From assembly GCA_026936335.1 (NCBI GenBank), contig JAPMXV010000052.1, forward strand, positions 496,001 to 560,000: a DNA stretch of 64,000 nt, given 5' to 3'. The notes beneath the pieces were generated by a model, which saw nothing but the letters and a program-made list of their open reading frames with translations, ran no database searches and was not told the DNA's origin. The first letter of the stretch is position 1, and each line of letters begins with the position of its first letter. The translations under genes were made by a program, and so were the position numbers. Positions 45,994 to 57,931 of the stretch are shown here, in pieces. This DNA is from Mantamonas sphyraenae STR306 (Eukaryota > Protista > CRuMs).

Positions 45994-48009
45994 TCATTCC
46001 TCGGGCCCCACAATCTGTTTGTCCACTTTGCTCTTGACCACTTGGAACGCTGGCACGATCCACTTGCCACAAGAGCATTGCATGCCTGACCACGTCCAGT
46101 CCCCAAGACGCGTGCTGCAGTTGGGACACTTGAGTTTGCTTTGGTTGAGCACAAGGTCGTTGGCCGGGATCCACTCGGGCTGCTCGACAAAGTAGGATGT
46201 GCACACGGTTTTGCGTGCGCCCATGTCTCGCTTGTGATACTTGAACGACGTCTGGCCCTCGCCTGTGTTGTGCTCGACCACGTCGCGTTCGTCAAACAGC
46301 CGCATGCGGCATCGGAAACACTTGTAAACCATGCCGCCTTCCCATGGGCTCTGTTCCTGTTCTTGCTGCTCGTCCAGCTCCACATCGTCGCCTTGTTCGT
46401 CGTCGTTCTGCTCGACACTCACGACTTTGAGCTGCTGCTGTTCCACGACGGCGCGGTATTCAGCCACGAGCTGGCTCAGGTCAAGGCTCATGGTGGAGTC
46501 CAGAGAGCTCTGGAGCACACCTGTGCGCTCCGAGTACAGCGTTTGTGGATACAGGCGCTGGTCGAGGTCCAGCTGGTCGATGGCATCCCTGTACATCTGC
46601 AACTGCTCCATGAAGCCGTCGTTGGGGTCTGCCTCGGGTCGGACTTGGCGCAGGGCAGCAAGGGCATCCTCGAGCTCCAAGTCTTGCATGCACATCATGT
46701 GTGCCAGAATAGCAGTGACGCTGCGGGAGACACCCGCCACGCAGTGGACAAGTACTCCGCCTGCGGCGCGGCCCATCTCGATGAAGCGCACCATCTTGTG
46801 CATGTGCTGCAGAAGATCCTGCTGGGCAGTGTCTTCGGCAGCAATCACACAGTATGTAAAGGCATCTGTGAATGCCGGCTCGATGGCGGCCACGGTCAGG
46901 ATGTGTGTGACACCCACTGCCTGAAGCTCGTCACGTGCGCGCGACGCACCCACGTTGCCGAGATACAGGGCGTCATCGACGCGGACCATTTCGACGACAT
47001 TTTCCTTCTTGGCCATGCGCTTGCTGAGCTTCTTGCTGCGCTTGGCCATGGCCCGCTGCGTCTCAAGGACGAGGCGATGTTCAGGCCAAAAGACAGGGGT
47101 GCTGGCACTCTGCTCGACAATGCGTTGCATCATGTGCACCGCCTGGACAGTGCAAAGTCGGTGGACAAAGTCAGGCAGCAAGGCAAGATCCATGGGCACG
47201 CCCATGGGACCGGTGCTGCGGACGTAGTAGCGAGCGCCTTCACGCCTCTCGGGAACCCAGCCGCAGACAGTGTTGAGCACGTCGACAAGGGACACCCATC
47301 TATATGCCTTTTTACGCGCACCCAGGTCCACCTTGCCGACGAGGGTGTCGACCCAGGCCTGCTCGAGGGCGTCTGTGGAAACGTATGGCACGGGCACAAA
47401 CCACATCTCGTAGCCGCCATCCCGCATCCAGTGCACCCCCTGCAGACGGGAACGTGTCGAAGGGCGCTGCACCTTGCCCTCGAGGCCGTCCGAAGCGATT
47501 CCGGCGCTGCTGGAGGCACCAGCGTCGTTGTCCTGCTCCTCTGCGTCGTCCTGCGGCTCGTTGTCATCAAGGACACATGCATCGCCCCAAGACTCACCGC
47601 GGAGGACACACTGCATGATGGCAGTGCTGTTTTGGACGGCCTGGGTGCTGGCCTGGCAGCCACCAAACATGCCCAGTGTTTCTTCCGAGAAGTGCCTGCT
47701 TGCACAGGCAATGGCATCCTCGTCGGAGTCGTCCCACTCGCCGCCGCAGTCGCTCCATACCAGCACCTTGTTCTGCATCTTGTACACCTCGACCTTGTTC
47801 TTTTTCTTTTTCTCAGCCGCCTCTTGCTCCTCGCCCGAGTTGGGCTTTGTGTCCAGGGCTCGTGTGACGGGTTTGTACACAGCGCGTTCGGGCAGTTCCA
47901 GGCCGTCCTGGTGCTCCCCAGCAAGCAAGAGGCACACGTGACCGTGTACACGTGTGTAGCCTACGATTCCAGCTCCTTGAATGCTGCTGTCTGTGCTCCG
48001 CGAGGACAT
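45994..48009 (-). CDS. DUSP12: Dual-specificity phosphatase YVH1/DUSP12 with N-terminal Nudix-like domain
   Basis: VLVHCVAGVSRS, PNDGFMEQL, Zn domain CFRCR...CPNCSTRLG...QCSCGKWIVPAF; N-terminal WSDCGG...ASRHFSEETLG. Confidence 0.88.
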   Translation of the reverse strand: MSSRSTDSSIQGAGIVGYTRVHGHVCLLLAGEHQDGLELPERAVYKPVTRALDTKPNSGEEQEAAEKKKKNKVEVYKMQNKVLVWSDCGGEWDDSDEDAIACASRHFSEETLGMFGGCQASTQAVQNSTAIMQCVLRGESWGDACVLDDNEPQDDAEEQDNDAGASSSAGIASDGLEGKVQRPSTRSRLQGVHWMRDGGYEMWFVPVPYVSTDALEQAWVDTLVGKVDLGARKKAYRWVSLVDVLNTVCGWVPERREGARYYVRSTGPMGVPMDLALLPDFVHRLCTVQAVHMMQRIVEQSASTPVFWPEHRLVLETQRAMAKRSKKLSKRMAKKENVVEMVRVDDALYLGNVGASRARDELQAVGVTHILTVAAIEPAFTDAFTYCVIAAEDTAQQDLLQHMHKMVRFIEMGRAAGGVLVHCVAGVSRSVTAILAHMMCMQDLELEDALAALRQVRPEADPNDGFMEQLQMYRDAIDQLDLDQRLYPQTLYSERTGVLQSSLDSTMSLDLSQLVAEYRAVVEQQQLKVVSVEQNDDEQGDDVELDEQQEQEQSPWEGGMVYKCFRCRMRLFDERDVVEHNTGEGQTSFKYHKRDMGARKTVCTSYFVEQPEWIPANDLVLNQSKLKCPNCSTRLGDWTWSGMQCSCGKWIVPAFQVVKSKVDKQIVGPEE

Positions 48010-48083
48010 TCTCGCGCAGAGTGTGGGGAGGGGTGCTGTTCTGTCTGCGGCGGCGCATCCACATCCCCATTGCATTTCTCATC

Positions 48084-49621
48084 ATGTCCACCAAAGACGG
48101 ATTTGCAGCAGGGGGCGACGAGTACGACCCGTCGGTGTGGCAGAACACGCCGTGGCCGTTGATGACCGAGAACGAGATCCACGTTGGAGCGTTGTGAGTG
48201 TTGCCAGAGCACGTTGGGGGAAGGAACACACAAAGACACCGCACTGACGCGAAGAGTGGTACAGCACACCGAGTGACGTGACACAGGTGGCACGCGAGGC
48301 GTTGTCATCGTGGTTCGCGGGTGCGTCAAGGGAGGCGCGAATTCTGTGGTCGACAGAGGCTGGTGGGAGCGCCTACGACTTGGTGGTGACATCCATGGAC
48401 TTGAGCGGGATCATTGCACGATGGGGATGCCCCATTTGGAAAGTTCACCGGCGTGGACTGGTCGTGGGAGGCATGCTGGGCCTTTCGGCCTTGCTGCAGC
48501 CGCAGGAGGAAGGATCGGAGTTGCCGTCGACAACCATTGATTTTACGGTGGACGGCATGAGCCTGATCCGAGTGAAGGAGGGCAACGTGTCGAAAGAAGA
48601 GGTGCGGTGGAATGATCTGGCGATGGACACAAAGGGGAACAAGTCGCTGGACTGGTTCGACGTCGACGAGGACCTGGACATGGTGGCGGAGATCTACAAG
48701 GCGTTGAAATTGTATCTTTGTGACGCAGTGGGTTCGTGCAAGGAGCTGGAGACAGAGGATGAGGAGGAAGTGAGCCGTCTCACCGGGTATGTGCCGCTTT
48801 CGGAGGAGGAGCGGGAGGCGGGCGTGCGCTGGCTGAAGTTTGTGTGCGTGAGTGACACGCACAATCAGATGAAGGCGATTGATGTGCCAAGTGCAGACGT
48901 GTTGCTGCACGCAGGCGACTTTTGCGGGCGGGGAAGTCTGGAGGAGGTGGCCCAGTTTGATGCAGAGATGGGGAAGCTGCGCAGCCGGATCAAGCACCTG
49001 CTTGTGATTGCAGGGAACCACGACCGGGTCATGGAAAGCAAGCCAAAGGAGGCAGAATCACTTTTGACCAACGTAGAGTACCTGCGGGACCAGGAGTACG
49101 ACGTGGAGGGGGTGCGGATCTGGGGCTCGCCTTGGCAACCTTGGTTCTTCGACTGGGCGTTCAACCTGCAGCGAGGCGAGGAGATTCGACAGGTGTGGGA
49201 TTTGATTCCGCAGGACGGGATCGATGTGGTGGTGACGCATGGGCCGGCGCACGGACAGCAGGACATGACGTCGGACGGCGTTGCAGCAGGATGCGAGGAA
49301 CTGCTGGATGTGCTGGAGTCGATGGAGAAGAAGCCAGAGTTCCACGTGTTTGGCCACATTCATGAGGCGTACGGAGTTTCGCACAACGAACACACGACGT
49401 TCATCAATGCGGCCAACGTGAATCTGCGCTACAAGGTTTCGCATCTGCCAGTCGTTTTCTACGTCAAGAGCAGGCCAGGCGGGCACACGGGATTTGTGGA
49501 GCGTACCGCGGAGCAAGAGAAGGCGCTGGATGCGTTTGAGCGGAAGACGGGCATCACTCGCGAGGGGGTGGTTGCGAAAGAAGAGTTGCAAGAGGGTGGC
49601 CGGGGTTGCAAGCAGCAATGA
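48084..49621 (+). CDS. Metallophosphoesterase (MPPED/239FB-like) with N-terminal extension
   Basis: VCVSDTH, LLHAGD, IAGNHD, VVTHGP, FGHIHE. Confidence 0.88.
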
Positions 49622-49634
49622 TTGGTTGCATTCA

Positions 49635-51530
49635 TCACTGGTTCTTGGAAGAGTTGAGGCTCTGGTTCCAAACAATGTACTGCGGGTCGCCGAGGGGACG
49701 GAACTTGAACTTGTCGTAGACGGCAAAGATGATGCCAAAGATGACGCAAAGGCCGCCGACGATGATGTAGGCGGTGCCGAGGAACGGGTTCTTGCCGCCG
49801 ATCCAGGAGGTGGTGGACAGAATGATGGTCTTGGTTCCAGCAAAGTCCTTGACGTTGTACTCTGTTTGTGTGCGGAGGTGTGAGCGAGTGGAGGTGGAGT
49901 GGTGCGTGGCAGGAGGGGAAAACGCGGCCACAGCTCGGTCAGCATCCTGACAACAGATACATTCCTCAGGGGGCATCTCCAAACAGAGTTCCCCAGTAGG
50001 AAGTCTAACATCGTAAAATTCCGCTTTCGTCATCATTCCGAGTGGGGGCAAAACGGCAAAACGGGGTTGTGCGGCGAGGTGGGCGACGGGAAGCAGAGGC
50101 AACATACTGTTGTGGACGTTGATCTTGTAGGTGCCCTTCTTGAGATCCTGGTTGATGATCCTGTACAGCTTGCGGAACTTGGGCAGGCCGGCGGTGCGCA
50201 TCCAAACAATGAAGTCCTCGTCCTCAAAGTTGGGGCGGTAGCCAAGGTCAGGCGGGTTGAGACCCGGGGCGGAAGGGTTGTTCTTGAACTTGCTCTGGAC
50301 ATCCGAGGGCCACGCAATGCCCTTCTTGGTGAGCGGGATGCTGGTGCCGTCGAGCACCAGGTTCTCAAAGACGTCTGTGGATGAGCGTATGCGGAGGTGT
50401 AACCCGATGTGCAGGTGGGCAAGGGGTGGGCAACGGTGGTAAGCATATTGCGGCATGGGTGTGGGCCATGGTTGGCGGGTGGGAGGCCGGCAAAGACGCG
50501 TTATCCAAAAGGGCCCGAAAAAAAAACGCGCGGCGACAAACGGACCCGTGAAGAGAGAGTTGGCGACAAGACCGCAGGGATAGTAGAAGTTCTGGGGCTG
50601 GTTGCTCTCCTGCCCGTCGCGGGTGCGGAGAGGCTCACAATCCTCGAGGTCGGCATAGTTCTGCGCGAGTGTGTGCGTAAGGAGAGGGCGGGGAAGGGCC
50701 GGGTCCCCGGTCGAGAGTGAGCGATTTCCCGGATGCAGGCGCGCAAGCGTTCAAACGCGGGCGGAGCGAGCGGACGGGCTTTGCGGAGCAGAGGAGGGTT
50801 GTGGAGGGGCAGAATGTGGGCAGGCGGGCAAACGTACGGTGACAACCTCGCCAGAGAGCTGGACGTCGTTGCGGCTCTTGACGTAGCGGCGATGGTTTTG
50901 GTAGAAGTTTGTGAGCTGGTAGTACATGTACACCGGCTTGGGCATGTCCTGCGGGACGACAAGGTCCAGCGTGCAGGGCGTGGAGCTGTTGGACCCCTGG
51001 AGGGGGCAGTTGTTGAGGTTGTCGTAGCGCAAAGGAGTGCTCTCGACGACCTGCGGGTACGGGCCGGGGCGAAAAAGCGGGCGGTTCGGAGTGAGCGAGA
51101 GGGTCGGGTGTTGGATTTGCGTCGAGACGCAGGTGCAGAAGCAGGTGGGCAGTGTGCACAGGCATCGGCCATGGGATGGGAGGTGGACCATGGAGACATA
51201 CCGACTCGGAGGCGGCGAGCAGAACGCCACCAATGACACAGAAAACGACGCCGACGGCAAAGAGCGTGGGCACAACGGTGCGGCAGGTCAAAATCGGCTG
51301 CCAGGCGGGCAGGCGCTGCTGCTTGAATGCGGTGTCTTCGGGCTTGCGCGATCCTTCCTCGCCGTTCCTGTACGCGAGTGGATGGGGGTGAGGGTGAGCA
51401 TGTGTGCGCTGCATGTGTGCGGCGGTTCAGGCGCGGGCGGGCGGACTGCGTTTTGGGGGAGGCGCGGTCTCATCGGCACTCACATCCTGGGGGGTTTTCT
51501 GGTTGGGCAGGGAAGGGCGGGCGGCGACAT
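49635..51530 (-). CDS. CDC50: P4-ATPase flippase beta subunit CDC50/ALIS (multi-exon)
   Basis: FKQQRLPAWQP, YYQLTNFYQNHRRYVKSR, PCGLVANS, GIAWPSD, FIVWMRTAGLP, WIGGKNPFLG. Confidence 0.92.
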
Positions 51531-51716
51531 CGTATTGATTGGTGGGGTGCATTGGGAGAACTGTGTTGATGGAGGAGGGAGGGATATGTGGTGGATGCCG
51601 ATGTTGAGTGGTCGTGGTTGGGGGTGAGGAGGAGTGTGCGGAGGAGGAAGCCGCGCCGGCGGTGGCTGCGTTTGACACGCCAACCTTTTGCGCACGAGTC
51701 AGTGATTGAGCGAGAC

Positions 51717-53854
51717 ATGCCGGGCAAGAAGAAGGGAAACAAAGGCAAAAAGAACGGCCAGGAGCAAGAGGTGGCAGAGAGTGGAGCAAACTCGCCGGAG
51801 CAAACGTCGACGCCGGTGAAAGGAAGCAACAGCGGAGTGTCGTCGTCGACGCCTGGAAGCGTGCAAGGATCACCCAAGACACCTGCGGGTGGAGCCAACT
51901 CGCCGTCTCAACCTGCAGAGAGTCCGATTGCAGGATCTCCGGGGGACAACGCGTCGCGCGGAGCAGCCAAGGTGGACAACAAGGCGCTGTTCTACTTTTA
52001 CTGCCGCAGCGGCGCACTGGACAAGATCAAGGAGATGGTGGCCAAGCACGGTACGTAGAGTGGGCAGTGAGGGAGGGCAGGAGGAGGAAGGAGTGATGGA
52101 AAATGGAAAACGGGGGGGGGGAGGGGGGGGCGGTAAGGAAGGAGGCTGACGCGATCAGGACACACACGCACACATGCTGGCGGAAAAACCTGGGGTGGGT
52201 GGTTTGCAGACACGCTGGACGTGAACGAATCGACACGTGGGTGCACGCCGCTGCACCGTGCTAGCGCGTTCAATCATGTGGATGTGGCAGAGTACCTGCT
52301 GTCGCTAGGCGCGGACGTGGACTCGCTGGACACAAACGGTGAGTTGGAGAAATCGGAGGGAAAGGGGTTTTGGCGGGCGAGGAGGCAGGGGCGCTGTATG
52401 GCGGGCAGGGGAGAGGGGAAGGGTGACGCAAGGAATGGGGACACGGGGAAAGGGAACGAAGAGTGAACGAGGCAGTGGATGCATAGGCTGACGCAAAGGG
52501 CTCATGCACAGAGCGCACGCCGCTGTTTGAGGCGGTGTCGAACGGCAACGTGGAGATGGCGCGGTTCCTGCTGGAGAACAAGGCAGACCATGGCCACTTT
52601 AACCGTGCGGGTGTGACGGTGCAGCATATGGCAGCGACGACGGGGAACGTGGAGATGATGCAGCTGCTTGTGGATGCCCAGGCGGACATCAACGTGGGCG
52701 ATGCGATCGTAGGCGCTGCACCGCTGCACTATGCAGCTGAGAAGGGCCATCTGGACGTGGTGGAGCTGCTGCTGGCAAGTGGGGCGGACATTGACATGCA
52801 ACGCAAGTACAGTGGAGCAACGCCGCTGATGATGGCGGCGGAGCACGGACATGCCCACGTTGTTCAGTGTCTGCTTGAGGCTGGCGCCAAGGTGTTTATG
52901 CAGAACTCGCTGAAGCGCACGGCGTTGATCCGTGCAGCTGCAAACGGACACCACGAGGTGTGCAAGGTGCTTGTGGAGCACATGTCGGAGGCCGAGGTGG
53001 AACACTTTGACAAGACGGGCATGAACGCGCTGTTTGCGGCGTGCGACACAGGCAACGCAGCGACGGTGGAGGTACTGATCCAGAGCGGGTTGAACCCGTT
53101 GGCCAAACCAGAGGACATGTACGGCAACCAGGGCAAGACGGCGTTGCACTTTTGTGCGTCGGAGCGGCCGTCGCCCATGGACGAGTCTGTGACGAGCGAA
53201 CAGTTTGATCTGGCCAACGAAAACTGGCAGAGTGACGGCCCCGAGAAAATTGGGGCGCTGTTTTCGTCGGCCAAGCACGAGAGCCCGTCGATCAACGCAC
53301 GAGACCGCCACAACAACACGCCGCTGCACGCTGCCGCTCAGGCGGGAGACGAGAGGACGGTTGCTGAGCTTCTGGAGCGTGGAGCGATGGCCAACGCACA
53401 GAATGACCACCATCAGACTGCGTTCCACCTGGCTGTGAAGCACAACCGGTTGGAGGTTGTGCAAACGATGCTGCAAAAGAAGGTGTGGCCGCAGTCGTCG
53501 GAGGCGGAGGAGGAAAGCAACGCGCCACTGGCAATTGTGGACAAGACGCTGGAAGACAAGGCGCAGAAGAAGAACGTGCTGTTGCAGAAGCGCGCACAGG
53601 AGATTCGCCACCTTTTGATCAACGACATCTGCGTGAACGACCAGCCAGACACGAGCATGAACAACACGACTTTGAACGTGAGCGACATGAGTTCGGACAG
53701 CTCTGCGAGTGGAGACGGCTCGGTGGCGGGTGGAAAGGGCAAGAAGAGCGGGAAGGGAGCAGGGTTTGGCACGTTTCTTCTCACGGCGGTGGTGGTTGGC
53801 GCCGGGGCGTTTGCATGGACGCACCGTGAGGAGTTGAAGGAGAGGTTTGAGTGA
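51717..53854 (+). CDS. Ankyrin-repeat protein with C-terminal TM anchor
   Basis: Multiple TPLH/APLH ankyrin repeats; C-terminal FLLTAVVVGAGAFAW. Confidence 0.88.
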
Positions 53855-53982
53855 TGGGGCTTGGGCGAGGAGGGGGAGGAGGGGAAGGAGAAGAAAATGG
53901 ACACGCGGCGGCGAGGGCAGCCGATTGAGCTTGTTCTTGTTGTGTGGAGACACAGGGGTAGATACAGTTGAGCAAAGAGAAA

Positions 53983-55229
53983 ATGTCCAGTGTGCAGCAA
54001 GGGTTTGATGAGACGGAGTTGAAGGCGCAGACAGAGAAGTTTGTGGCAGAGTCGTTTGTGCCGCTTGGGCCGATCCTGGATACGGAGAAGTGCAAGGGGG
54101 TGTTGGATGCCGTGTATGCGCAGCGTACGTATGACGGGAGCATATTTTTGACGGAGGAGGAGTACCGTGCAAATCCGGCGCACGGAAAGGTGAATCCTGG
54201 ACGCGGCGTGCAAAATCTGAGTGAAGAGGTGAGTGGGGCGCACGGGAGAGGGAGACAGGGTGACAGGACGTGGTGGGGTGCAGGGGGCAGCATGGGTGGG
54301 AGGGTGTGGGTGCATGGATAGGGAGCGAGGCTGGATGGACAGGATGGGCGTGGGAGGGCGGGGATGTGGTGGAAGGTGCAGGAAGCAACTGACAGGTAAC
54401 GGTTGGGCGGCGCAGATGGATCTGGCATTCATTGAGGAGAATGCAAAGTTTGTTGGGGCGGTGGAAAACGCGCTGGGCAAGGATTATGAACTGGTGCTGA
54501 AGAAGTTTGTGTGCGGGTAAGTCGGTGGGGAAGGCGGTTGTGTGGCGCGAGTACGGGAAAACGTTTGCCGAGGCTGACGGTGGCGACGGCGTTGACAGGG
54601 TTCCAGAGTCGTGGATGCCCGAGTGGCTGTTGAAGGAGACAGAGGGACTGGGAGTGGCGAATCTGGGAGGGTACATCAAGCCGGAGTACCGAAACCTGAC
54701 GTACTTTCACGGAATCGACTTTCACCAGGACATGATCGATTTCGGAGGGGAGATCGCAGACATGATCACGGTGTACGTGTACCTGGACGAGGTTGGGCGA
54801 GACTGCTCGCCGTTGTTTGTGGTGCCCGGAAGCCACACGTACGGCATCACAACGTTTCCGCACGACATCACGGTTTCCGAGAGCGGAGAGACGCTGACGT
54901 ACCGAGATGATGAAGGGAAGCGAGCGCAGGAGCTGCCTCTACAGTGTGTGACGGGCGGCGGTGGGACGGTGGCGTACTGGCACGGGCTGACGCTGCACGG
55001 GACGCAGCCACACACGGCAAAGAAAGAGCGGATCTCGTTGCGGTACATCTTTCGCAAGGGAGGCGGAGGGGAACCGTGTGCACTGGACGCGTTGATGGCA
55101 AACATCGAGGGAGAGCTGGAGGCGGAGGTGACGCGGCTGGATCTTGCGGACACGGAGCGGTACTTGCCGAAGGAGGAGATGCGGGGGAATCACATCAACC
55201 AGGTGCAAATGGAGGAAATGAAAGGGTGA
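53983..55229 (+). CDS. PhyH-like Fe(II)/2-oxoglutarate dioxygenase (2 introns)
   Basis: HxD motif FHQD, LFVVPGSH, distal His TLHG, RISLRY. Confidence 0.75.
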
Positions 55230-56439
55230 TCAGTCGTGGGTGTGCTTGAGGGCTCTGTTGAGCATGGCCGGGGCGGCGAGGGTGGCAAGGAGAAGGGCCC
55301 AGACGGTGACGCTGACGTGAAAGGCGTCGACAAGGCGCAGGCGGAAGGCCTCACTGATCATGAGGAAGCCAAGTTCGCCGCGGCCGACAACGGCGCAGGA
55401 AACGGGCAGGCGCTGGCCTGGAGGAGCCCAGAGGCCGCTGAGCATTTTGGAGACGATCGCGACGAGGGTGTTGAGAAGGCCGAGGAGGAGGGCATGGGTG
55501 GCAAAGAGGCTGGCAATGGGGACTTGGAGGCCGATGGCGACAAAGAACATGGCGACAAGCCAGTGGACGACGGGCTGTGCATGCTGGTCAAAGAGAGTGA
55601 CGACGGCGGGGATCTCGCTGAGGGCGACACCAGCAGCAAAGACACCGAGGAGATGGGTGGTGCCTGCAGCAAGGGAAGCGAGGGCGAGAGCAGCAGCAAA
55701 GGCAAGGGAGGCCGGTAGGAGGAACGGAGGGGCGGGAGTGGTTGTGGGCGAGGATGGTTTGGAGCCGGGAGATGGGGTGACGGAGGAGGGGCGGGAGTGC
55801 GAGAGTTGGAAGCGTGTGTAGAGGGTGGCGAGATGGCGAGCGGCAAAGACGCCAAAGAGGATGGTGAGGGCAGAGACGAGGATTGGCTGTGCGATGCGCC
55901 ACGGGAGTGTGGCCGGGTCGCGGGAGACGTCGACGAGGGTGGAGACGACAGCGAGGATGATGAGAGAGAGGACATCGTCGATGATTGCGGCGCTGGAGAT
56001 GAGGGAGCCGAGGGGTGTGTCGAGGACGTTTTCGTGCTGGAGCATCTGGACGGCCATGCCGATGGCGGTGGAGGAGAGGGCGGTGCCACTGACGAGGGCT
56101 GGGAGGTGAGGATGGCCAAAGAGGAGGAGGAGGGCATAGCCGAGGAGCAGTGGGAGGATGGTGCCTGTGGTGCCGACGGCCACTGCGCGGAGGCCTACGG
56201 CACGTAGTTGGTGGACACGGATGGTGAGGGCACCTCGAAAGACGAGAAGCATGAGACCAAGATGACCAGCGACGTGGACGGCCTGAGCGACAGAGTTTGC
56301 GCGCAGCCAGAGCTGGAGAAGCATGCCGGCGAGAACTTGGCCGCAGAGCGCAGAGTGGAGGCGGTCGAAGAAGATGGAGAGGAGCCAGGCAAGGGCGACG
56401 GTGGAGACGGCCTGGAGAGAGGAGGAGGAGGGTGGCCAT
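55230..56439 (-). CDS. CPA2-family cation/H+ antiporter (frameshift just after the start)
   Basis: About 12 hydrophobic helices; LSSTAIG, AAIIDDVLSL, GVFAAG, FFVAIG, VGRGELG. Confidence 0.85.
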
Positions 56440-56511
56440 GGTGCAATGAAAGTGCAATGAGACTGGTGTGCGTGGCGCGGAGCAGCTGAACGCTTGCGGA
56501 GAAAAAGAGTC

Positions 56512-57054
56512 ATGGCAGTGCGGTTGGCATTGATTGGACTGTTGTCGTTTCTGTTTATGTTTGCTGGAGTGGTGAAGGTGTCGCCGAAGCTGAATCCAGA
56601 GTTTCACAAGGAGGTGACGGAGTCGTTTGTCGGGTACACGGAAGTGCTGAACCGGGAGCTTGCGGCGAGCCCGTATCTGGCGCAGTACGGGGTTCAAGTG
56701 AAGGCGGCGGACTTTCAGATGTTTGCAGGAGTGCTGGAAGTGACGTGTGCATCTCTGATGCTGCTGGGGTACGTGACGCTGGGAGCGTTTCTGCTGACAT
56801 GCAACGTGATTTCTGCGACTCTGCTGCACATTGCAAAGAACGAGATGGAGCACATCAAGGTGCCGTCTGTGCTGCTGCTGCTGCTGCTTGTGCTGCAGCT
56901 GAAGTACAACAAGGCAGGACGTGAAGCAACGGCAGGGGAGGGCAGCGCAGCGAGCACGAGCTCTTCGGGCAAGAAGGCAGCGGGAGCGGGCAAGAAGGCG
57001 GCGGCTGGCAAGAAGGCAGGCGGTGGCAAGAAGAAGGTGGCCAAGGTGGAGTGA
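56512..57054 (+). CDS. TMEM35/DoxX-like membrane protein
   Basis: FLFMFAGVVKVSP, GVLEV, four TM helices and a Lys-rich tail. Confidence 0.7.
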   Translation: MAVRLALIGLLSFLFMFAGVVKVSPKLNPEFHKEVTESFVGYTEVLNRELAASPYLAQYGVQVKAADFQMFAGVLEVTCASLMLLGYVTLGAFLLTCNVISATLLHIAKNEMEHIKVPSVLLLLLLVLQLKYNKAGREATAGEGSAASTSSSGKKAAGAGKKAAAGKKAGGGKKKVAKVE

Positions 57055-57176
57055 GTGCTGGGGCAAGGTTGCGCAAGGCAGGAATGAATGGGAGGAAAAA
57101 AACGAGGGGAGGGGAGGTGCGAAGGCGCAGCCAAACGTAGAGTGAGAGCAGACGTGGTCGGTTGAGGTTGCTGTTG

Positions 57177-57902
57177 ATGTCGTCAAACTATCCAAAGTAT
57201 CGCATTGCGCTGGAGGTAGGACGTACGCAGGTGGACGACGCTCTGCACGCTGTGTTGCACACGATTGTGTTCAACCGGAGTCTTGGGGATGTGGAGCCTG
57301 TGGTGGAGGAGTGTGACGGGTTGCAATTGAGCTATGTGAGTTGGGGGAGGCGGCGGCGGGGCTTAGGGGGCCGAAGAGGAAGGTGGGGAGGTTTGTTTGT
57401 GGAGTTTGGAATGGCTGACTCGGAAAGTGGACGGACGCAGTGTCGGGCAGAGGACGACAATGCGTTGACTCGTATCAACAAGGGGGTGGTGGAAGTGCTG
57501 CATCGGCTAGACGAGGCAGCGATGAAGGCGCAGCGGGAGAGGCGGAAGGGGGATCTGCAGGTGGAGCTGAATGTGCAGTTCTTTGAAGAGCAAACGGAAA
57601 GCGGGTTCATGGGAAAGACGGTGCGGCATATCGTGTGGGAGGAGTGGGCGGTGACACTGCGTGTGGTGTCGCTGAGTGGCCTGTCGGAGGAGGCACTGGA
57701 CGCACAGCGGGAGGCGGTGGAAGAGGCAGTGCGGGAACAGATGCTGGCAGTGATAGAGTACGCGCAGGAGACGAGCGACAACCCGTACCTGCCAGAGATG
57801 AGGAATAACCGAGATTCGTACTTGTGGGAGATTGTATTTCCGACACAGAGTGCGTTGTCGTTGTTTGACCAAGCGACAAAGCTGTTTGATTTGACGGGGT
57901 GA
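57177..57902 (+). CDS. ATG101: Autophagy protein ATG101 (intron 57336-57440)
   Basis: VLHTIVFNRSLG.VEP, LSY|CR, VQFFE, VWEEW, YLP. Confidence 0.85.
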   Translation: MSSNYPKYRIALEVGRTQVDDALHAVLHTIVFNRSLGDVEPVVEECDGLQLSYVSWGRRRRGLGGRRGRWGGLFVEFGMADSESGRTQCRAEDDNALTRINKGVVEVLHRLDEAAMKAQRERRKGDLQVELNVQFFEEQTESGFMGKTVRHIVWEEWAVTLRVVSLSGLSEEALDAQREAVEEAVREQMLAVIEYAQETSDNPYLPEMRNNRDSYLWEIVFPTQSALSLFDQATKLFDLTG

Positions 57903-57931
57903 GGTTGTGGGGCCGCACATGTGTGTTTGGG

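Noticed and set aside
46141-48162. Long antisense ORFs (e.g. 46141-48162 +, 52502-54679 -, 58648-60981 -, 9590-11236 +)
   Set aside because: They are shadows of GC-rich real genes on the opposite strand and show no recognisable motifs.
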